Below are positions 8,123 to 16,789 of a stretch of 20,000 bases of DNA, piece by piece. Source of the stretch: an uncultured virus (IMG/VR IMGVR_UViG_3300025168_000062) (Duplodnaviria > Heunggongvirae > Uroviricota > Caudoviricetes); the IMG/VR virus record IMGVR_UViG_3300025168_000062, one strand, 5' to 3'. Position 1 is the stretch's first letter. Each line of letters begins with the position of its first letter. The notes under the pieces were generated by a model. The model worked only from the letters and a program-made list of their open reading frames with translations, did not search any database and was not told the origin of the DNA. The translations under genes and the position numbers were made by a program.

Positions 8123-9324
8123 TCTTCTTCCTCCATTAATTCTGTTGCTCTTAAAGCACCTAACTCATCAACCATAATACTTCTATCTCCAACTCTTCTT
8201 AGTGCCTCTTCTATACTAATCTCAATGTTTTCGACATTATGTTGCCAAGGTTCGAGAATATAGTTGACCGCTTTCTGTGCTTTTTGAGCGGCCGTCATCA
8301 AAAACTTTGGCTCCTTAGCAAGAACAGTCGCCCAATTGTTGATATACTCAACATTACGAAGTTCTCCTTGAATCTTAAAATTACCTAAGAGAAAGGCTGT
8401 GCCAAACTCTGCAATCAACTCTTCCTTAGCATAATCTTCACTCCCGAATCTATTACCGAGGGCGCGGTTAAGTCGAAGGGGATGACCCGTGCTATGAATA
8501 ATCTCATGTCCTTTGACCGATAGGTAGTTTGCATTATCTTCAAACTGCTCATGAAGAGGAAGTGCTATCCTATCACGACTAGATGTATAAAACGCTCTAT
8601 CACCGCCATGTTTTAACTCTATTTTACCTTTTCTCATAATCCACTGTGCCTCTGTTGCTTTTTGACCGTCAGGCATTATATCTCCGATGGCTTTAGCAAC
8701 TCTATTAGGATTATCGACATAGTAATTAAGACAATTCTCAAGACTTAACTCATTTTCTGCAAACTCATCTGCTGTCAATTCTATCTCTTTCTTAGGGATA
8801 GGAGGAAGTCCTGTCTGGTCACGGTTGAATACCTCGAAAACACGCATCATAAGACTCTGATACATATACTCTTCAGTCTCGCCTGTGGTTTTATTCTTAC
8901 GCTCACCGGCTCTAAGTCCCATTGGTTTGTAGAGAACAATACTCGTGCCTGTCTGACCTTTTTGAACACCATACCACTCTGTGGTGTGTTTGTAGGGCTC
9001 GCCTTTTCTGCTAACTTTTAACTCGAACTTGCCCTCTTTTATTGCGTGTTTTCTCGATTCCTCTTTCCAACCATTATATGTCGCCCAAGTATTAGACTCA
9101 AACTCCATACCGCTCAGCCAAAGTATCAGCGTATTAACTCCACTGTATGGTCTACCTTTCTGATTATGGGGCATAGTATCTCCACCGAGCATCTGCCAGC
9201 CCTTACTCCAACCATTTACTTCACCTTCTCTAATTTTACTAATGAAGTCGGCCGCTAATTTTTCCTCAAACTCTTTACGTTTTTCTTTACTCATACTTCT
9301 TCCGAAGTCTCCGCGCTTTGCCAT
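8119..9324 (-). CDS. ardC: ArdC-family ssDNA-binding anti-restriction protein (DUF1738 plus zincin-like metallopeptidase domain)
   Basis: RPYSGVNTLIL...WATYNGW...VQKG...FEVFNRDQT N-domain; AFY...DRIALP...HEIIHSTGHPLRLNR...FGSEDYAKEELIAE C-domain. Confidence 0.92.
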   Translation of the reverse strand: MAKRGDFGRSMSKEKRKEFEEKLAADFISKIREGEVNGWSKGWQMLGGDTMPHNQKGRPYSGVNTLILWLSGMEFESNTWATYNGWKEESRKHAIKEGKFELKVSRKGEPYKHTTEWYGVQKGQTGTSIVLYKPMGLRAGERKNKTTGETEEYMYQSLMMRVFEVFNRDQTGLPPIPKKEIELTADEFAENELSLENCLNYYVDNPNRVAKAIGDIMPDGQKATEAQWIMRKGKIELKHGGDRAFYTSSRDRIALPLHEQFEDNANYLSVKGHEIIHSTGHPLRLNRALGNRFGSEDYAKEELIAEFGTAFLLGNFKIQGELRNVEYINNWATVLAKEPKFLMTAAQKAQKAVNYILEPWQHNVENIEISIEEALRRVGDRSIMVDELGALRATELMEEEE

Positions 9325-9345
9325 ACTACCTAATCTAAGTCATAG

Positions 9346-9370
9346 GATATAAACCTTTGTTGGTCTTGAG
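9346..9370 (-). promoter_or_regulatory. CTCNNGAG-N9-TATA promoter (variant)
   Basis: CTCAAGAC CAACAAAGG TTTATATC. Confidence 0.8.
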
Positions 9371-9395
9371 ATATATACTATATCTCTACCGTGTT

Positions 9396-9572
9396 TTACT
9401 TAATAGACTTAGAGTATGAGTCAAGAACATATACCTCTTTTACTATCTTGGTTGCTCTAGCACCGCACTCTTTGCATCTGAGATGTTCTATGACCTCCCA
9501 CTTTTTCTGGTCGTAAACAAAACCCTCTAACTCAAGTGCGCATCTATGAATCTCATTTTCTTTTGCTACCAA
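9396..9572 (-). CDS. Small Zn-ribbon protein (58 aa, TTG start)
   Basis: MVAKENEIHRC...LRCKECGA...; GGAGTGA RBS; overlaps the helicase end. Confidence 0.6.
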   Translation of the reverse strand: MVAKENEIHRCALELEGFVYDQKKWEVIEHLRCKECGARATKIVKEVYVLDSYSKSIK

Positions 9573-11169
9573 TCATATCACTCCAAAGGTCAATAGACTT
9601 TCTGCCTGTTCTGGTCAATCTAGGGGAGCAGTGATGCAACGCTCCTTCTTGTCTCAATAACTTATGACACTTCTCGCATATATGTTTTGGTTTCTCAACT
9701 TTTGGTTTTCTCTTAGGTAACTCTGGTTTTTCTTCTTGGCCGACCTTGCGCAATCCTGAACTCGGACTATACTTCCACCACTCGATGGTCCCATCGGGGA
9801 GTTTGCCGCCATATTTGAGATTGACTATACCTTTTTGGTCGGTTGTATTGGGAACGAAGAGAATATACACCACCGCTTGCTCTTTATCGCCTTTTCTGAG
9901 ACAACGACCAAGTGTCTGAACTCTAGCACGAGCGGAATTAGTGCCACTCACCATAATACCTAGGTCGCACGAGGGAACATCTATGCCTTCTCTAAGAGCC
10001 TTGCATGATAATAGAATACTCGAATCACCGTTAGCGAACTCGTCTAGTGCGCGGTCGTTTTCACCTTTGGAACGCTCGCCATGATATATCTCAGGATTTG
10101 TGCCTATCCACTCGGAACAGTCCGGCTCAGGAAGATTAACTTGCTCCCATGTGTGCTCACAATTTGGTATTACCTCGGGACATAAGCCTCGGTATTTATC
10201 GTGCATCCACTCTATCTGCTTGATACGCTCGTGAAATATCATAGTTTTGCTCTGTTCGTGAAGTCTCAGTATTTCATCCACTGCCTCGAATCTGAAATGT
10301 GCCTCATTGACAAGTCTCTTACGCTTCATACATAGGTCTTTGAATGTGGTCAATGCTGAATCGGGGTCATTTGGGTCTTGTCTCAGCGTGAACCAATTAC
10401 TCGAACCGTATCTTTTGCGGAGAACGAATGAGATTCTTCTGATTTGCTGTGTTATCTCGTCATATTCTGACTCTTCAGCACGACTAAGGGGTATAGCAAC
10501 CGCTCTAACCGTGAATGGGATAATAACTCCGTCACTCAAGGCTTGGTCAAACTTGTAATTATACACAATAGGTCCGCAGAGATGTGATACAACGGTCAAA
10601 CCGCTATCTTCTCTAGCAGGAGTTGCACTAAGACCTAGCACCGCAGTATGGTCATTATTACGAATAGCGTATTGTCGGAAATCTGAGCCGATGTTATGGC
10701 ACTCATCAACAACAATGAGATGTGGACCATCCACTTCGGGCAGACCTTTTGCCGCAGTATTCATGGTCACAATAGAGATTTGTCTGAAATCTGCTCTACC
10801 GCCACCAAGCATACCAATTCTCATGTGCGGAAACGCTCTAACCATGTCTCCGCGCCACTGTCTCTGTAAGCCCCTAGTCGGAACAAGCACAGTGACTCTA
10901 CCGGTTGGGTTAGATTGAAGCCAGACCCATATACACTCTGTTGCTGTAAAGGTCTTACCTGCACCGGTCACGGCAGAGATAATACCACGAAACTCTTCAT
11001 CACCGGACAAGTTCTCGCCTGTGCGTGGGTCTTTTGCTATACCAACTCCAGCCCAAGCCTGTATCGCTCCTTCTTGCCATAGATATAGACTCATTTCTTT
11101 GTGGTCTTGATTATGTAACTCTTTTAATCTATCCGAAACTCCGGATGGTAAGTTTTCTCGTTCAATCAT
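9553..11169 (-). CDS. Superfamily 2 DNA helicase, XPB/Rad25 (SSL2)-like, with C-terminal C2H2-like finger
   Basis: Q motif LYLWQ; TGAGKT; VLVPT; DECH; LSATP; LREGIDVP; QTLGRCLR. Confidence 0.92.
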   Translation of the reverse strand: MIERENLPSGVSDRLKELHNQDHKEMSLYLWQEGAIQAWAGVGIAKDPRTGENLSGDEEFRGIISAVTGAGKTFTATECIWVWLQSNPTGRVTVLVPTRGLQRQWRGDMVRAFPHMRIGMLGGGRADFRQISIVTMNTAAKGLPEVDGPHLIVVDECHNIGSDFRQYAIRNNDHTAVLGLSATPAREDSGLTVVSHLCGPIVYNYKFDQALSDGVIIPFTVRAVAIPLSRAEESEYDEITQQIRRISFVLRKRYGSSNWFTLRQDPNDPDSALTTFKDLCMKRKRLVNEAHFRFEAVDEILRLHEQSKTMIFHERIKQIEWMHDKYRGLCPEVIPNCEHTWEQVNLPEPDCSEWIGTNPEIYHGERSKGENDRALDEFANGDSSILLSCKALREGIDVPSCDLGIMVSGTNSARARVQTLGRCLRKGDKEQAVVYILFVPNTTDQKGIVNLKYGGKLPDGTIEWWKYSPSSGLRKVGQEEKPELPKRKPKVEKPKHICEKCHKLLRQEGALHHCSPRLTRTGRKSIDLWSDMIGSKRK

Positions 11170-11720
11170 TCTTCTTCACTCCCTAATTCATCATAGAACT
11201 CGGATTCTTCCCTTCGCTCTTCATCTATACTGAGAAGTATAAGGGCAACTCTTTCAATATCCGAGGGCTTAAGATAAGACACTCCGTTATCGCAGTTCTC
11301 TGGTAAGACCTTAGAACAGGCTAAACTCATGAGTTTCATAGCACCGTATGCCTCCATACGGGCTGACTCATGTCTAGACCACCTCGCGTAAGGATACATC
11401 GCTCCGCCTTTTCTATCTTGAGTCACTTCTGAACGGGTCTTGTAAGATTTCCACTCGGCTGTCTCCGGTATAGCGACCACATATCTATGGTTACTCGGAA
11501 CACCTTGAAACAACTCTGATTTGCGAAAGCCTTGCTCGTTAAGGGCTGAACCCCACTCGTCTTTTTGTTCTTGACTCCATGCCTTATCAGAAGGGTCATA
11601 GAGTTTATAGAAAAGATATTTAGTTTGAGTTATAACATTCTCTTGTTGTCTAATGAGAAAATCCATTGGTTGTGCAGGACCATAATCTGATAGGTCATCT
11701 TCTGCTGTCTCTGTTTTCAT
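11166..11720 (-). CDS. Hypothetical protein
   Basis: ORF ATGA-coupled to the helicase gene. Confidence 0.8.
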   Translation of the reverse strand: MKTETAEDDLSDYGPAQPMDFLIRQQENVITQTKYLFYKLYDPSDKAWSQEQKDEWGSALNEQGFRKSELFQGVPSNHRYVVAIPETAEWKSYKTRSEVTQDRKGGAMYPYARWSRHESARMEAYGAMKLMSLACSKVLPENCDNGVSYLKPSDIERVALILLSIDEERREESEFYDELGSEEE

Positions 11721-11758
11721 TCCGCTTCGCCTCGCATACTACCTAATATTCGTTCTAT

Positions 11759-11783
11759 AATATAAAGTTTTCTAGGTCTGGAG
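11759..11783 (-). promoter_or_regulatory. CTCNNGAG-N9-TATA promoter (variant)
   Basis: CTCCAGAC CTAGAAAAC TTTATATT. Confidence 0.75.
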
Positions 11784-11789
11784 TTAGCC

Positions 11790-12224
11790 TTAATACTCAA
11801 TAGTTTCGACAGCATCATCATCCTCTCCATAGTGGTGGTAGTGGTGGTGTCGTGCTATAAACCCTCCAACCTTAGAAGCAACTCCAATAGCATACGCCTC
11901 ACAGTGAACACATCTCGATATAACAATAGGTTCATTGTAACTCGTCATGCCGTTTTCGACTGTAATAATCTCTGTAGTGTCTACGTCATTGAGGTTGTAG
12001 ACTTTTTGTTGTCTCATCTCGCTATCAACAATAACGACTTCGGGTTCTAGGAAATCTCGTTCTGATTCGCTCAGATTACGCATTTCGTCGGTTGTGATAA
12101 TAGGACGAGTAAAGGTCTTGTTTTTCTGTGCTACCTCTATACCACACGGAGCACAATAGAAATTGTCGTGCGCATATAACTCTACCGGCTTATCACAATC
12201 CTCCTTATTACATCCCAATCTCAT
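11790..12224 (-). CDS. Zn-finger protein with His-rich C-terminus
   Basis: CNKEDC, CAPC, CVHC...HHHYHH; ATG at 12224 after GAGGCGA RBS. Confidence 0.75.
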   Translation of the reverse strand: MRLGCNKEDCDKPVELYAHDNFYCAPCGIEVAQKNKTFTRPIITTDEMRNLSESERDFLEPEVVIVDSEMRQQKVYNLNDVDTTEIITVENGMTSYNEPIVISRCVHCEAYAIGVASKVGGFIARHHHYHHYGEDDDAVETIEY

Positions 12225-12284
12225 ATTATCGCCTCTTTTCTGCACAGCCTCACGCCCGTCATATCTACTATTTGTATTACCTAG

Positions 12285-12309
12285 TTATTAATGGTTTGCA
12301 TCTCTTGAG
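12285..12309 (-). promoter_or_regulatory. CTCNNGAG-N9-TATA promoter
   Basis: CTCAAGAG ATGCAAACC ATTAATAA. Confidence 0.75.
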
Positions 12310-12411
12310 ATATCTAGCGGGACCTGAGACTACCGTCCCTTTTTGGTTTAATTGCGAGCAACGACTGATTTGTGCCTACTCTCTAAAAGAGTAGGATGTA
12401 ATCCGGTAGAA

Positions 12412-12436
12412 CTCAAGAGTCACAAGGGTATATATA
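12412..12436 (+). promoter_or_regulatory. CTCNNGAG-N9-TATA promoter
   Basis: CTCAAGAG TCACAAGGG TATATATA. Confidence 0.85.
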
Positions 12437-12501
12437 CTATGAACATTTATTAGTAGATATGCGAAGCGGAGGAATACGAAACCCGCAGGAGGTGATAATT
12501 T

Positions 12502-12984
12502 ATGAGTAAGCAAACAGAATCAAAAGAGACTGAGAGTAAAGTTAATACAGAAGAGACCGAAGCAGTTCCTCTTCCATCATGGAATAAAGGAGATATAGCA
12601 ACACATGGTCATTCTGAGTATGACTTATTCGGAGTAAACGGCCTTTGGCGAGAAAAAGGGTGCAACGAGATTGGTGGTATGAAAGTGAGAATCTATCTAT
12701 CAGCAAGAGCCGACGCACCTATCTGCAATCGACCTGACAAACATACAGTCGTTATCACCGGAGTTCATGAAAGTGGTAAAACAGACCTAAATGTGAGTAA
12801 ACTTCAGAAGCATGGAGCAGCCAACCGTAAGGAGGCACTCAAACTAGCGAGGCACCCTGCAACATGGAGCAAGAAAGCACAAGTCATAGTCGATAAGATT
12901 GCTGAGGCCAAAGCGAAAGCAGAGGAAGCAGCAAAAGCAGAGACAGAGTCAAAAGAATCTATCAAAGAAACGGTAGAGGCTTAG
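12502..12984 (+). CDS. Hypothetical protein, probably highly expressed; possible nucleic-acid binder
   Basis: Perfect GGAGGTGAT RBS; K/E/A-rich termini with repeated ETESK. Confidence 0.85.
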   Translation: MSKQTESKETESKVNTEETEAVPLPSWNKGDIATHGHSEYDLFGVNGLWREKGCNEIGGMKVRIYLSARADAPICNRPDKHTVVITGVHESGKTDLNVSKLQKHGAANRKEALKLARHPATWSKKAQVIVDKIAEAKAKAEEAAKAETESKESIKETVEA

Positions 12985-12989
12985 GCACG

Positions 12990-13425
12990 AGCACATTGGG
13001 ATAGGAGACCAGATTCACAATTCAAAAACTCCTATTCCATAACTCAGCCCTGTGTGGGTGGCTCCGCCCCCACGATAGCAGGAGAACAGGCAGAAAGAGC
13101 CGAAAAGCCGCGCCATAGAGCGGTGATGGTGGAGTAAACATTAAGGAGGCGAGTCTACATAAACAGGTGGTAGACCAAACCGTAACCGAGCCGCACACTA
13201 AACTCTTCTTGAGTAAAAGGGCTACCCGAGTATCTTGGGAGACGTTCATTGAAAGAGACAGAAATGTAACGAGAAAGTGAGACTAAAACAGGCGGTAATA
13301 AGTCGGATAAGCCTCCACCTAATACTCCTTTTGGGAGGTCAAGGAGAAATGCTGGGTAGGCATACTGCAACCGACCTTCCACCTTTCTTCTCTCAAGGGG
13401 CGGGAGACGAGAACCCCTACCTTTG
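12990..13425 (+). ncRNA. Candidate large structured ncRNA (~440 nt), family not recognised
   Basis: No credible ORF; nested and local stems containing G-U pairs on the + strand (see findings). Confidence 0.55.
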
Positions 13426-13432
13426 TAATTAA

Positions 13433-13492
13433 CGGTAGAGCAAAAATAAGAATTGCTCACCCTTGTAAGAGAGAATGACGATATCTCTACCG
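13433..13492. terminator. Convergent junction with inverted pair of CGGTAGAG motifs
   Basis: CGGTAGAG at 13433-13440 (+) and 13485-13492 (-). Confidence 0.45.
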
Positions 13493-13513
13493 CCAAACTT
13501 TTAGGTTTGGTTC

Positions 13514-14689
13514 TCAATAATGACCCGGTTCACCATAGCAACTCCAACAGTCTCTATCGCTACCCGGAGCTCCGCTACCACCATACTGTTCAGTCGTATA
13601 GCAGGAGCATTGGCGAGCAACTTCTTCTGTGCTCATACCTGCAAATAATGGTTGACCTATTAAATCAACTCCACCAACAGGGTAATCTCCATGCTCTTGG
13701 CCTTTACGCTCACTTCCACATCTCATACAAGTATAATACTCACTTGTAGCATGAACAGGAGCACCACGCATCTCTTGATACCCACGCTCGTAATATGTTC
13801 TCACGGCTAATCTATTTTGACCATGTTGGTCGCAATCGAAACAAGTCGCATATTTATTACCACTCTTAGGTCTACCGTAAATAGCATCCACTATTTGCTC
13901 ATCCTCTAACATCTTCCACTCGAAAGGTTTCTCTAACTTATGTGTTTTGAGACAATAGTGTTTGAGCTCAAGGCTTTTCCAGTCGTCGTTATGCGCAGGT
14001 CTTATATCCTTTGTCTCTACCTTAACCATAACATTTCTCAAGAAATATACGACTTTATCAAAGGCCTCTATCTTAGTATCTCGAACATATTTGTATCTGC
14101 TCCAATCTTCGAGGTATTCATCTTCCTCTTTGAAAGGGTCTTTCTTAGCATGAGCAAAGGTAAGACCATACTTTAAGTCCTTCTCTTTAGGCTGTAATCT
14201 CTTTGCTATCTCCATCGAATATGTAGTCGCCCAATAAGACTCTAAATCCAACTCTTTTTGATATTCTTCTCTAAATACTAGAGTTCCGTATGGACCACCA
14301 AGCGGTGTATGACCACGACTAGGCATATGTTTTACTCTTTCTAAGAAAGACTCGTATCTTACGACCCAAGCCTTCTCATCCTCGCAATCATGCTTATCTG
14401 AGATAAAACTATTGCTTCCGTCGTGATTCTGACATATCTCGTATAGTTCTCTTAATATTGAGAAACCTTCACCAAAGAGCTCGAATACATGAGCCCACTT
14501 TTCTTTGAACTCTTCATTGAATGTAGTCGCCATAACGTGTTCTCTATCCCACATCTCTTGTTTTATGAGTGCTAGGAACTCATCCACATTATCATGACCA
14601 AGTTTAAGCATCTCATCCGACACATCTTTTATCGCAAGGGTCATAGCCTCTTTATCCGAGTAAGGTATTAATTCTCTTTTATCTGACAT
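13514..14689 (-). CDS. Hypothetical protein with C-terminal Cys motifs
   Basis: 391-aa ORF; GGGGTGAT RBS; CFDC, CMRC, CSC, CWSC. Confidence 0.85.
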   Translation of the reverse strand: MSDKRELIPYSDKEAMTLAIKDVSDEMLKLGHDNVDEFLALIKQEMWDREHVMATTFNEEFKEKWAHVFELFGEGFSILRELYEICQNHDGSNSFISDKHDCEDEKAWVVRYESFLERVKHMPSRGHTPLGGPYGTLVFREEYQKELDLESYWATTYSMEIAKRLQPKEKDLKYGLTFAHAKKDPFKEEDEYLEDWSRYKYVRDTKIEAFDKVVYFLRNVMVKVETKDIRPAHNDDWKSLELKHYCLKTHKLEKPFEWKMLEDEQIVDAIYGRPKSGNKYATCFDCDQHGQNRLAVRTYYERGYQEMRGAPVHATSEYYTCMRCGSERKGQEHGDYPVGGVDLIGQPLFAGMSTEEVARQCSCYTTEQYGGSGAPGSDRDCWSCYGEPGHY

Positions 14690-14816
14690 TCTCTATCACC
14701 CCCTCGAAGTTTCAGGTCTGTCATCCTATCGTTCCTCCTACTGAGAGGTAATGCCCCCTGCGAGTTCCCCATACCCCGCAGAGGATTTTCGTAATTCCGC
14801 TCGCCGCTCTGGACAA

Positions 14817-15494
14817 TCAATCTCTAAGGAATGATGTGTCGCAGATACGGTGAGATACAACGCTAAGGTCAGTCTTACAGTCAAGACCATAATCGTTCTC
14901 GTCTGTGCAGGTCATGCTTCTTACTGTGCTCATAACTATATCGTGGTAGCCTTTGATTGCTCCATCGACTTCTGGTCCGCCCAAGTCTGAACCTGAGTCA
15001 CCTATGACCGATATTACTGCAACTCCTAGCCTGAAGTCGATTGAATCAAGTGTTACTCTATCATCAACCCAGTCGGGTGTCTCATCCCATCCGAAGTGCT
15101 CGTATAGGTTAAGTGGCTCTATTGTTGCCATCTCTTCCTTAGTCGTATCAACTATCTCAACATCACTTTGGTCAATTAACAGTGGTAGTAAGGCCTCTTT
15201 GAACCATTCTAACTCACCTCGTAAGAAGGTGGTCACAGTATCGTCTCCGATACGCAAACCTTGTGTGCTCACATACTTTGTTGTCTCATTACCAACATCT
15301 CCATCGTGCTCACCAATCCAACCATTTCTCTGCATCTGAAACCCGAAGGTCGCATTGATGCTCTTAAGGAAGAACTCGCTTGCAGGTGTCTTCTCTTCTT
15401 TGGTGTCTCCACCTAAAGGAGTAAAGTTAATTGTTACTCTGCGTCTAGCATCTCTTTCCGTTTCTTGCTCTATTGTTTTTATATTTTCACTCAT
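14817..15494 (-). CDS. Hypothetical acidic protein
   Basis: 225-aa ORF downstream of a motif promoter. Confidence 0.85.
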   Translation of the reverse strand: MSENIKTIEQETERDARRRVTINFTPLGGDTKEEKTPASEFFLKSINATFGFQMQRNGWIGEHDGDVGNETTKYVSTQGLRIGDDTVTTFLRGELEWFKEALLPLLIDQSDVEIVDTTKEEMATIEPLNLYEHFGWDETPDWVDDRVTLDSIDFRLGVAVISVIGDSGSDLGGPEVDGAIKGYHDIVMSTVRSMTCTDENDYGLDCKTDLSVVSHRICDTSFLRD

Positions 15495-15546
15495 ATTCTA
15501 TGACATCTCCTCGGCTTCCGCCTACACTACCACATTATAGTTCTAG

Positions 15547-15571
15547 TATATAAATAGTTCTGACTCTTGAG
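15547..15571 (-). promoter_or_regulatory. CTCNNGAG-N9-TATA promoter (divergent pair, left)
   Basis: CTCAAGAG TCAGAACTA TTTATATA. Confidence 0.85.
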
Positions 15572-15589
15572 TTATTAAAATAGGTATCG

Positions 15590-15614
15590 CTCAAGAGTCC
15601 ACAATCTTTATATG
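15590..15614 (+). promoter_or_regulatory. CTCNNGAG-N9-TATA promoter (divergent pair, right)
   Basis: CTCAAGAG TCCACAATC TTTATATG. Confidence 0.85.
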
Positions 15615-15635
15615 TAAAGACGTAAATTGGTAGAT

Positions 15636-15719
15636 ATGGCGGCCGTTGGAGGACTTATGCGATTAAGAGTTCGTATTATGACTGAGAAATGGTGCTATGA
15701 GGAGTGGGATTACCTATGA
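15636..15719 (+). CDS. Microprotein (27 aa; 20 aa from ATG 15657)
   Basis: MAAVGGLMRLRVRIMTEKWCYEEWDYL; leaderless position 29 nt from TATA. Confidence 0.55.
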   Translation: MAAVGGLMRLRVRIMTEKWCYEEWDYL

Positions 15720-15787
15720 CCGATATACACAAAGAGATACTTGCGTGGAGAGCGCATATGAAAAAGGAGAGGCTTGCTAATGACTGA
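15716..15787 (+). CDS. Microprotein (23 aa)
   Basis: MTDIHKEILAWRAHMKKERLAND; ATGA overlap. Confidence 0.55.
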   Translation: MTDIHKEILAWRAHMKKERLAND

Positions 15788-15863
15788 GTTCACACTATTA
15801 GACCATTATTATCTGAGAAGATTTGGTTTGACCAAGGAGGAATATGAAAATGCTAACGACTGA
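15780..15863 (+). CDS. Microprotein (27 aa)
   Basis: MTEFTLLDHYYLRRFGLTKEEYENAND; GGAGAGG RBS; overlaps the previous stop. Confidence 0.6.
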   Translation: MTEFTLLDHYYLRRFGLTKEEYENAND

Positions 15864-16017
15864 AATAAGAGAAGAAGTCTATGACGAGTTATCCAAAGAT
15901 GACGGAGTTAGAGTTTTTAACTGCGGACCAAAGTTTCTTGCATACTGTCGAGCAAAGCATATAGATGTAGTCGAACTTTTTGAGGCGGCGGGTGTTTTGA
16001 GTGACGAAGAAGAGTAA
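15850..16017 (+). CDS. Small hypothetical protein (55 aa)
   Basis: MLTTEIREEVYDEL...GVLSDEEE; GGAGG RBS. Confidence 0.65.
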   Translation: MLTTEIREEVYDELSKDDGVRVFNCGPKFLAYCRAKHIDVVELFEAAGVLSDEEE

Positions 16018-16384
16018 GAATCTTAAGTGCTCAATCTGCAAGAAAGAGATAAGAGGACCTAAGCATCCTTTTACTGAGCAATTATTATTCGATGAGGGTG
16101 AGTATATGGGTAATAATCCCGCTCCCTTCGATTCAACTCGTAATAAGCGAGTGTGCGATATGTGCGACAGCGTATATGTTCTCCCTGCGAGAATGGGTTA
16201 TGATGTATTCTCAGAAGATTGGGAGAAGCGCACCGAGTCATTTAGATTTGGTATGAGAATGTGGAAATCACGACTGAAAGCGAGAAAACTGATGTATGAG
16301 ATGGGTTTCGACAAACCATCTCCAATTTACATCGACAAGGATGACCCTACACAACAATTAGACCCGACAGGAAAGCCAATATGA
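16001..16384 (+). CDS. Zn-binding phage hypothetical protein
   Basis: CSIC...GNNPAP...VCDMCDSVYVLPAR motif. Confidence 0.8.
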   Translation: MTKKSKNLKCSICKKEIRGPKHPFTEQLLFDEGEYMGNNPAPFDSTRNKRVCDMCDSVYVLPARMGYDVFSEDWEKRTESFRFGMRMWKSRLKARKLMYEMGFDKPSPIYIDKDDPTQQLDPTGKPI

Positions 16385-16417
16385 CGGTAGAGTGGGGCGG
16401 GAGAAATATCTCTACCG
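16385..16417. terminator. Convergent junction with inverted pair of CGGTAGAG motifs
   Basis: CGGTAGAG at 16385-16392 (+) and 16410-16417 (-). Confidence 0.45.
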
Positions 16418-16507
16418 CCTTTTAGGTATATGCCGAGCACTGAGACATGTAGATATGCAGAGAAACTGCATCGAGAGGATTTACGCTCTTTAAGTATTCT
16501 CAATGTT

Positions 16508-16789
16508 TCAATCCCTTACTCCAACTTCATACTCAGATACTTGCTCTTCTAAGCACTCTTGGCACATGAGAATCCAGTGTCTCTCATTTGGATATGCGTT
16601 TCTCCATGAGTCTGGTAATATAAGGAGCCTTAGATATACGGGCTCTTGATAGTTCTCATCCCCACCTTCATGCTCTTGTGGAAAACGAGAACCTATCTGA
16701 CTAACTCCACATGATTGACATTTCTCTGTGTCCGACCTATCGTCTAACAACTCTTCATCTCCAACCTTGTTAGGACTCATTCTTTCCAT
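16508..16789 (-). CDS. Zn-finger hypothetical protein
   Basis: CQSC...CQEC; start probably 16780 (ATGA overlap). Confidence 0.75.
   Translation of the reverse strand: MERMSPNKVGDEELLDDRSDTEKCQSCGVSQIGSRFPQEHEGGDENYQEPVYLRLLILPDSWRNAYPNERHWILMCQECLEEQVSEYEVGVRD

Noticed and set aside
12502..12984. Similarity to archaeal chromatin protein MC1 (RKEALKLAR)
   Set aside because: Only a short motif; the rest of the MC1 pattern is not recognisable
13278..13357. Group I intron-like words GAGACTA / AAGTC / AAATGCTGGG
   Set aside because: Wrong order of P, R and S elements, no room for P8, and no interrupted gene
13022..13517. Minus-strand ORFs 13022..13249 and 13155..13517
   Set aside because: S/L/P-rich composition unlike neighbouring proteins, and they cross the CGGTAGAG end motifs. 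The + strand RNA structure explains the region better, although 13517 does have an ATGA overlap.
369..15540. Plus-strand ORFs antisense to long minus-strand genes (e.g. 369, 1166, 3455, 4064, 5899, 6858, 10307, 14953)
   Set aside because: Shadow frames of real genes with no RBS or promoter support
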